Part shown: in pieces, positions 56,460 to 64,000 of the stretch | Layout: each line of letters begins with the position of its first letter | How positions within the stretch are numbered: the first letter of the stretch is position 1 | DNA from: Paraspadella gotoi | Lineage: Eukaryota > Animalia > Chaetognatha | Assembly (NCBI GenBank): GCA_051294375.1 | Contig: CM119267.1 | Span: 21,211,755-21,275,754 of the forward strand | DNA: 64,000 bases | Direction: 5' to 3' | The notes under the pieces: generated by a model | Database searches by the model: none | What the model was told of the DNA's origin: nothing | The model's input: the letters and a program-made list of their open reading frames with translations, nothing else | Program-made: the position numbers and the translations under genes

Positions 56460-56810
56460 TTTTTTAGTTACGCCGCGAGTACTCTATAAGTCACTTTTCG
56501 GTCGGTCTTTCAGTTGGTCGGTCGGTCCGTCGGTATGTCTGTCCATCGGTATGTCCCATTTATGTTAAAAATGCATATAGTTGCTCATTTGTTACGATAG
56601 AAAAAACCTGAAGTCTAAGGGACTGCTTGCGCCGCCTTCAGGAAATCTTAAAACTATATATATATAAAGAATAAAAGACGGAATTTTGATGCAGTGCATG
56701 TTTTCGTAAATACAAGGGCTAAGAAAGTTTTTTAGTCATGTCATGTCATATCATTGATATCATAATATCATATCACTGCGACGCCAACACATTAGAATTA
56801 ACCTTCTTAT
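56460..56810 (+). mobile_element. Helentron-associated (HINE/DINE-1-like) non-autonomous element
   Basis: T-run start TTTTTAGTTACGCCGCGAGTACTCTATAAG followed by (GTCG/GTCC/GTCT) tetramer repeats. Homologous in several blocks to the reverse complement of 61478-61726. Confidence 0.6.
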
Positions 56811-56841
56811 TTTTTTCTATTTCACCCGTATCCCTCTTTTA

Positions 56842-56893
<52 letters not shown>

Positions 56894-57507
56894 CTCTCTC
56901 TTCTCTCTCTCTCTTCTCGCCGCCAAAAAAAAGAGTGTTTTTGGCAATTTTTTGAAAAGCGTGACCTTTGACCCCGGAACCTCATGAATGTCTCGCGGAG
57001 TGTTGTATGATCCACGAGGGAATTTTTAGGCCTGCGGGTGAGAACGGAGAAAAGGAGAAAGAGGGGGAGAGAGGGGAGAGAGAAGGAGAGAGGGAGGAAG
57101 AGAGTATTAGGAAAAAGAAAAACCGGGAGGGAGGAAATAAAAATTCTTTAGCGGAGAGAGTTGAAAAAGGAGGAAGTCGGGAAATATAAAGAGGGAGAGT
57201 TTTGTAGTTTGGAAGGAAGCGAGAAGTTGGAATCGGGGAAGGAAAGGGATTAAAAAAATGTAACGAAATGTAAATTGTGAGGAGAGACGGACAAGGCTTG
57301 GCTAAGCGTTGAATAGTTGTGACTTGTGAGTTTTGAGAAGAGAAAAGGTTTGTACAGCGATCGAGATCAACGGCGTCGGAGAGAAGCAGAAGTGAAAGTT
57401 TGACTACGATTCGACTTTGATTTGAGTCTCAAATAGGAGTGAGTAAATATATACTACGTTGTGGCAGCAAGACTTAAAGCAGCCTCACTGCTGTCCGTCC
57501 TCAGCCT

Positions 57508-57735
57508 TGTCTCAATGGCTGAGCAGGCTAAATCATCTCATTCTATCCGTGCGTCCCGGGTTCAATCCCGGTATCCCGGTTCTGGCTTAAATGTGACGGT
57601 GCCAGTATAAACATGCCAGTGGCAGGAGGCGGTCACTGAGGGTCCGCAGCCCCTACGCCAGTTGGTGAGATACCCCGCGCCCCGGGTATCACAGGCTGTC
57701 CTCCCGTTGCCATAACGTTATATTTCATAAAAAAA
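57508..57735 (+). mobile_element. tRNA-derived SINE-like element
   Basis: Pol III A box TGGCTGAGCAGG and B box GGTTCAATCCC at tRNA-like spacing but no acceptor or anticodon stems. GC-rich self-complementary body and A-rich end. Confidence 0.6.
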
Positions 57736-58664
57736 ATTAAAAATTTTGGCACCAACAAAAGAACAAAGAAACCAAGTGTTTTGGTCTTATCCTGAATATT
57801 TTGACCGTCCTCCACCTCTGATCTTCTTAAGTTTTCACCAATCGTTCTGTTTTTCAGCCCATAATGTTTTTTTTCTTTTACTAACACGCGCTAATTTTTA
57901 TGTTCCGTTCACTTTTACCCCTCTCTTCGAAAATTTTCAAGCTTACCTTCCCTTCCCCCCATCATCAGCGTTCCCCCCATTCGATCCCCTCAACCCTTCC
58001 CGCTCCCTTCTCTCCCTCGCCAATTTCCCCCCCCCTTCCCATTTTTTTTCACGCATCTGTTCTCTTTTCACGTGAAAGTCTCGTTGCCCTTCGGGGAAAT
58101 ACGTTGGGAAGCGACGTTGAAGGGGGAAACGAAGGGGGGGGGAGATCGGGAGTGAAAGTCGGAACTCGGAAGTGAAATCCTTGTGTGTGAACGTGAGTGT
58201 GGCAGCTCGAGTCAGGCTGCGGCGGCTGAAGCGGCGGGAGAAGCAGCGGAAAAAGCAGCGGCGGATGCGGGAGGATGCGCATTCGATGGAATCGGAATTC
58301 GATGGAAGAGAAGAAGTTGGCGACGACACAATTTGTGAGACTCGAGCGGACGACTTGGAATCCTTTCCTTGTTAGCACGAGAAAAAAGCTGTGAATCTGT
58401 ACGACTCGGACTTAGCAGGAACAACAATGAGACAAGTGACAGTTAAATAAAAAAAAAAAGGAGACAGAGACATCTGTGTTACAAATCTATGCTGGGCGGT
58501 TGTGAGACCTGAAACCTGCTAGAAATGAAACTTGCTCTCGGCAATGCGTTTCATCCCACTTCCGCAAAAATATTAGCAAACTTTGTTTTTTAATTTCAAT
58601 TAAAAAAAAGTTTTCCCTTCCTGAACCAGTAACCGACGCAGCATTGTTAAAAACTAAAGATAAT

Positions 58665-58735
58665 TGCATCGGCCGGGAATCGAACCCGGGCCGCCCGCGT
58701 GGCAGGCGAGCATTCTACCACTGAACCACCGATGC
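58665..58735 (-). tRNA. trnG: tRNA-Gly (GCC)
   Basis: Minus strand GCATCGGTGGTTCAGTGGTAGAATGCTCGCCTGCCACGCGGGCGGCCCGGGTTCGATTCCCGGCCGATGCA, a canonical cloverleaf with anticodon GCC. Confidence 0.97.
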
Positions 58736-58917
58736 TACGCGGGATTATAGTGAGAAAAGTCTTCAAAAACTATTGATTTCTCTTATGAAGCTCATATCTA
58801 TTCTTTGAATGCACAGAAATCGCAGTCGGATCGTTTTCCTTAGTATGTTTTAATTTTTGGAAGGCCAAATCTTCGCGTAAAATTTATATATAATTGTAAT
58901 AATACCAAACCGCATCA

Positions 58918-58989
58918 TCCCATGTGGTCTAGTGGTTAGGATTCGGCGCTTTCACCGCCGCGGCCGGGGTTCGATTCCCCGCATGGGAG
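58918..58989 (+). tRNA. trnE: tRNA-Glu (TTC)
   Basis: TCCCATGTGGTCTAGTGGTTAGGATTCGGCGCTTTCACCGCCGCGGCCGGGGTTCGATTCCCCGCATGGGAG; anticodon arm CGGCG-CTTTCAC-CGCCG; T5 terminator just downstream. Confidence 0.96.
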
Positions 58990-59555
58990 TGACGTTTTTG
59001 CAAAATATTTACCTCATGTTTTGATTTTACAAAGGCTAGGACAGGTTTATTTTAAATTTATGAAAATTTCAAAATTACTTGTTTCACTATTTCAAGTTAT
59101 AGATGTTAAAATATTCATTAAAATTACTTATTCAAAATTCGAAATTTTTCTTTATTAATTTTATTATTAATATTTTTTTATTAATTTGGGTTTTTGATAA
59201 TCTAAAACTGAAAACATTATATTATTAATGGGACAAAACATTAAAACGAGGTGAAATAAAAGAAATCAATGTAAGAAGTCAGGATGTGAACCAAGTTAAA
59301 ACTCAAAACTTGGATTCAACAAACGTCGGAGTCAGTATGACCCGACGGCAGGGACCGCTAGGGTCGCCTCAGTCCTATTGATCGATACGTCCGGCCAGCC
59401 AACGGTCATTGTTCAAGGCCATGAAAAGCTGATTTGTCCAGGGTGACCGTCCGGCCCGATCTTGAAGCGGGAGAGAGAGTAAGAATGGCCTCGGGTAAGT
59501 CGCCTCAGCGGGAAAAACGTAGTAAGTCGGCAATTTAAAAAGATAAAAAGATGCT

Positions 59556-59637
59556 TGGCAGTGGTGGGATTCGAACCCACGCCTCCGTAGAGACTGGTGC
59601 CTAAAACCAGCGCCTTAGACCACTCGGCCACACTACC
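59556..59637 (-). tRNA. trnL: tRNA-Leu (TAG)
   Basis: Minus strand GGTAGTGTGGCCGAGTGGTCTAAGGCGCTGGTTTTAGGCACCAGTCTCTACGGAGGCGTGGGTTCGAATCCCACCACTGCCA; long variable arm; T-run terminator follows. Confidence 0.97.
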
Positions 59638-60032
59638 ACTTATATTGGTAAATGGTAATTGACTTGAAGGAACTTTAACCCGACAGCATGAATCGACAGA
59701 GAATAACTCAGTTTGTCAGTTACTGAGGTAATCCAAATATTATTTTTAATATTACCGTATATAGCGGTCAAGAAACCCGTAAAAATATTGATTTCATGAA
59801 TGAGGCCATAAGGTCGGCAAGCCTCTTTCCGGTCTTCACTGCCGAAATTTGGAAAGATAGGTATATATTATAAAACCGACGAATTGGCGAAATCGTTCAC
59901 AATTCTTAAACTCAGATCGAGCGAAAATATAAATTAAAAAAAAGAGAGGGGGGCTGAAAAACAATGGTAGTGAGCCGATGGCTGAATTATAATCTTAAGA
60001 GCTACAGTAAGACAGGCGTATGACAAAAAAAA

Positions 60033-60105
60033 CGACCTTGCCAGGATTCGAACCTGGAATCTTCTGATCCGTAGTCAGACGCGTTGTCCATTGCGCCACA
60101 AGGCC
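60033..60105 (-). tRNA. trnR: tRNA-Arg (ACG)
   Basis: Minus strand GGCCTTGTGGCGCAATGGACAACGCGTCTGACTACGGATCAGAAGATTCCAGGTTCGAATCCTGGCAAGGTCG, immediately followed by a T8 terminator. Confidence 0.97.
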
Positions 60106-60514
60106 TTGATATCTCTGCTTCATCACGATTGAATTTTATCACTTCGTACTCTGCTCACAATGGGAAAACTCAAAATGAGAGGCTCTCCTTGCTTGACCGT
60201 CGTCGTTTTCGTCGTCATCGTCGTCGTTTTCGTCGTCATCTTCGTCCACGAAGTCGTTGTCCCTTTCGGGTTGTAATGAAACGTCGTTGGCTTCGACATT
60301 TGACCCGAAGTTTGACCTCAACTCTTGACTCCTTGTTTGACCACCAACTTTTTCGTTCATAGAGTTTCTATATTTACGCTGTATATAGTATAGTGCATAC
60401 TGTATAGTATCATTATTTTTTTATAAATATTTTAGATATTGAATTATAGATTTATACTCACGGTAGTTTTCTTTTTAAAAAATTTGTAATGAGAATTGAT
60501 CAAGTAATGTAAGT

Positions 60515-60680
60515 TAGACATTCATTCAATAAATATCTTGCTATCTGGCCACTGATTTTGCGACAACCCATGGTTTGTTTCAGGCCTATCCATCTTTACA
60601 GGATAATAACATAGCAGACTTTTAATCAAGGCTCTTTCAGGAGTCTCGTTTATTCACTCCAAGAGCTACCTGACTGCTGA
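60515..60680 (-). mobile_element. Diverged inverted copy of the (TGAA)n-tailed SINE-like family
   Basis: CATTCATTCAATAAAT and GTCTCGTTTATTCACTCC are reverse complements of motifs at 5780-5910 and 13725-13832. Confidence 0.5.
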
Positions 60681-60713
60681 TAAGATTGAAAACTTCGACA
60701 TTAATTCACCGAT

Positions 60714-60788
60714 GGGGCGATTAGCTCAAATGCGTAGAGCGCTCGCTAGCATTGCGAGAGGTTACCGGATCGATACCCGGATCCTCCT
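60714..60788 (+). tRNA. trnA: tRNA-Ala (AGC), degenerate (pseudogene or sequencing errors)
   Basis: GGGGCGATTAGCTCAAATGCGTAGAGCGCTCGCTAGCATTGCGAGAGGTTACCGGATCGATACCCGGATCCTCC resembles eukaryotic tRNA-Ala(AGC), including the GATCGA T-loop, but has several single-base indels. Confidence 0.8.
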
Positions 60789-61477
60789 CATTACATATTC
60801 CTTTTTCCTATCTTTTCTCTATTTTTTACTAATGTATTGTACATAGATAGACTATATTATCCCAAAAGTTTTCCTCAGCTTGAAGAAAAAACGAACGAAA
60901 GCGACAACAACGTACAACAACTTCGTCGCTCGCATCATTCATCGTCTTTGTCATTAACGTCCGTAATGGCGTTACTGAGGTCGTCGTCGTTCGTCGCGTC
61001 GTCGTTCCACCCTTTCCCTTTTGTTTCATCCGGAAATTGATGATCGCACCTTCCAGCGCGCGGGGATTTATACGTGCGCATCTTAAAGCACGCGGATTAC
61101 GAGTACCGTCTGCGAGCTTATATTGTAAAGAGTATTTTCATATGAAAAAAACATACTAAATATCTTATACGAGGACGTATTCGTGAAGAAAGCGCGAGTA
61201 ATATTCAAGCATACTGTATGTATACTGTATGTAAGTGTACTGGTCGCTAGCTAAATCAATGCATGCAATTGCGCGGGGATGCGCGCGTACTTCGTACCGA
61301 GAAATACGGAAAGAAAGAACTTAAAAAAAGTAGAAAAAACAAAGGGCGAGAATTGGAAGTAAAAAAAAATGAATTGAAAAAGTAAGAAAGTGGAAACAAA
61401 GAAAAGAGACATTGAATATACGTTTTTTTTTTAGAAAAAAAATATAAACAGAAAGAGATAGAAAGAAAATTGAAAGA

Positions 61478-61726
61478 TTAGAACGGTAATTCCAATGTGT
61501 TGCGCCGCAGTGACTTTATTTTCACGTTTATTTTTCTTTTTTGCCTCTGTATTCATGACATGCACTGCATTTAGGAATTCCTGAAGTTTTGATGTTTTTT
61601 CTGTCTTAACAAATGAGCAAATTATATGCTTTTTAAACGTAAGTGAGACAGACCGATGAACAGACATACCGACCGACAGACCGACTTATAGAGTTGCTTC
61701 GCGAGTACTCGCGGCGCGACTAAAAA
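61478..61726 (-). mobile_element. Helentron-associated (HINE/DINE-1-like) element, inverted copy
   Basis: (GACC/GACA) tetramers, CTTATAGAGT, perfect palindrome CGCGAGTACTCGCG (61700-61713), ending CGCGACTAAAAA. Shares GCTCATTTGTTA, CTTCAGGAA, TGCAGTGCATG and CACTGCG..AACACATT blocks with 56460-56810. Confidence 0.6.
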
Positions 61727-62001
61727 TTGAAAGAGGATAGAAGAAATTAGAAAGAGAATATGCAAATATATGTCCGGAAAATAAAAAAGGGGCCGCAAAT
61801 CTTAGGAGGAATAGGATAGAAAGATAAGAAGAAAAACAGTAAAAAGAGGAAAGAATAGAAAGGGAAATCTGATAGGGACAGCGTGAGGTGATAGAGGAGG
61901 AAGAGGAGGAGGAGGAGGAGGAGGAGGACGAAGAGTTGGTAATTACGGAGACGCCTGGATCGGGGACAAAGTTTCGGCTTTTTATTAACGAGATAAATCA
62001 G

Positions 62002-62063
<62 letters not shown>

Positions 62064-62187
62064 GTTAATGCGGGAATGCGGGAGAGTGGGATAGGGAGAA
62101 TGAAGGTTTCGTTGTTTTAAAAAATGTTGGAAATAAGAGTAAATGGTAAATAGGCGGATAGGGTTGGGAGAAAAAAAGGAAGAGAAA

Positions 62188-62656
62188 GGCTGCCTTATTT
62201 TTTCAAAGCGCCCCGTTTCATTTTAAATTAGGGTTTGGGATAAAGTTAAGGATTAGCTTTGGGATTAGAGTTAGGATAGTGATTATGGTTAAGGGTTAAG
62301 GTTTAGAGTTAGAGATTAAGAATTAGGGTTAGGGTTAAATATTAGGTAAGGGTTTAGGATTAGGGATGGGAATTAGGGTTAGTAATAGGGTTTTGGGTTT
62401 TGGGTTTAATAATAGATTAAGGTTAAATATTAAGTTTAAATTAAGGTTAAATATTAAGTTTAAATTAGGGTTAAATATTAAGTTTAGGTTAAGGTTAAAT
62501 ATTAATTTTAAATTAAGGTTAAATATTAAGTTTAAGTTAAGGTTAAATATTAGTTTAAATTAAGGTTAAATATTAAGTTTAAATTAAGGTTAAATATTAA
62601 GTTTAAATTAAGGTTAAATATTAAGTTTAAAATAACTTATTTCCGAAAAGAGAGCC
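62188..62656. mobile_element. TIR element of the same family in opposite orientation, with degenerate (TTAGGG)n and a 24-bp array
   Basis: Left end GGCTGCCTTATTTTTTCAAAGCGCCCCGTTT matches the reverse complement of the 50153-50180 end. Right end CCGAAAAGAGAGCC matches the reverse complement of the 49243 end. Confidence 0.5.
62417..62631. repeat. 24-bp minisatellite (TTAAGGTTAAATATTAAGTTTAAA), about 9 copies
   Basis: Directly visible; produces the RLNIKFKL periodicity in ORF 62366-62563. Confidence 0.92.
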
Positions 62657-62843
62657 AGAAAGAGTAGCTGGAAGATTATTGAGGGTAAGGTATAAAGAAA
62701 GGAAAAGAAGACAGGGTTAAGAGGAGATGGAGACAAAACGAAAGAAGGAAAAAGAAAAGAGACAAAAAGAAATAAAGAGAAACGAGATGAAATGAAAGAA
62801 AATTAAAAAATAATGAGAGGAAATTGTTGGACCGATCGACGGT

Positions 62844-62886
<43 letters not shown>

Positions 62887-62888
62887 GA

Positions 62889-62926
<38 letters not shown>

Positions 62927-63259
62927 AAGTGAGAGTGAGGAGAGATTAGGCCCTCAACCGAGTGAACATTTTAATGTCATACCACCAAGCTGTTACATGT
63001 ACAGCTTTTAACGATACACTTACTACGAAGAGGTTTTTGAGTGAAAGGAAAAAAAATAAAAAAATAAAAAAAAGGCATGCTAATAATGAATTTTAAGCTA
63101 ATGAGAAAAGATTCTTTGATTTGATTTATTATTCACTGATTCAGCAAAGAAAATCTACGGTGCAAGGGAATTTAGATGAATTTAAAAGACAGATAAAATA
63201 GGTTATTATTTCATAAGAATATACAATTTTATACGTCAATTTATTGCGAAATTCTAAAT

Positions 63260-63303
<44 letters not shown>

Positions 63304-63885
63304 GAGAGGTTGACCAGCCAAAAAAGTAACGTTGACTTTGACAGATTCAATCGAGAATCTTTAATATAAAATATGTTGTCAAAACAAAGAGATAAAAAAA
63401 GTAAAGAAAAGTCGGGCCGACTGAAGGAAGACAAAGCTGAAGAGCAAGACAAAAAAAAAGAAGAAAAAACAAAAGGAAAGAAAAGAAAAGGAAAAAAGAT
63501 AGGTAATGGTTATCGGTTATGGGGAAATGATCCGTCGCCCGTGGAATCGTTGTTCTCTCTCAAAGGGTCGATGTTTGGAAAGAGCAATCGGTTTCGCCGT
63601 GAGGACGTAATTGTGTCATTGTGTCTTGAATGTCATCTTGATGTCATCGATTCTCTCATTTTGGAGATAAATTGGAAACAGGAAATGGAAAGGTAGGTTG
63701 AGTTTAATTGTGAAAAGTGAGTTTTGTTTATCGTTAAAAATAAACGGATTTATTTGTTTTGACAATGATGTTTCTATTTTTATTTTTCGAAAGAAACAAA
63801 TTTTCCTTCTCAATATCGAACACGACGAAAAAGAAATGAAAACAACATTTTTTTTTAAATTAATAGTATCTTCGCATAATCATAA

Positions 63886-63978
<93 letters not shown>
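63886..63978. repeat. (AAT)n microsatellite
   Basis: Pure trinucleotide run; source of the poly-Ile in ORF 63698-64000. Confidence 0.95.
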
Positions 63979-64000
63979 TTTAACATTTTCTAAATTTTAA

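Noticed and set aside
57503-57580. Functional tRNA (e.g. tRNA-Sec)
   Set aside because: A and B boxes are present but there is no acceptor stem or anticodon arm; better explained as a SINE head.
58172-58375. 67-aa ORF as a terminal exon of a host gene
   Set aside because: Composition is plausible but there is no recognisable homology or supported splice structure.
62417-62631. CRISPR-like regular repeat
   Set aside because: Head-to-tail tandem units with no unique spacers, eukaryotic context and no cas genes.

Overview
Eukaryotic (probably invertebrate animal) genomic DNA, AT-rich and saturated with (AG/CT)n and (GAC/GTC)n microsatellites. It is a gap-filled draft with many N runs (seven of exactly 25 N) and long-read-style indel noise. 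About 50 kb of the window is redundant: 1.8-9.4 kb recurs at 9.5-17.4 kb (first ~1.25 kb inverted), and a ~11.6-11.9 kb unit (18.7-30.3 kb) recurs at 30.3-42.2 kb and 42.2-53.6 kb. These are most likely assembly duplications or haplotypes. The main biological object, only fragmentarily visible in the ORF track because of frameshifts, is a Penelope-like retroelement (PLE) on the minus strand at 19401-23148. It has an RT with ADKG, PLRPIVS and an unusual KADD catalytic motif, a C-terminal GIY-YIG endonuclease and a long P/S/T/R-rich tail. It is bracketed by ~500-bp inverted pseudo-LTRs that each carry a minimal hammerhead ribozyme motif, with a ~35-bp one-sided extension and a ~14-bp target-site duplication. 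The unique right end holds a five-gene tRNA cluster (Gly-GCC, Glu-TTC, Leu-TAG, Arg-ACG, degenerate Ala-AGC), a tRNA-derived SINE, two inverted Helentron/HINE-like elements and a TIR element filled with telomere-like hexamers plus a 24-bp minisatellite. Almost all ORFs in the track are microsatellite translations. One low-complexity spliced host gene is weakly supported.
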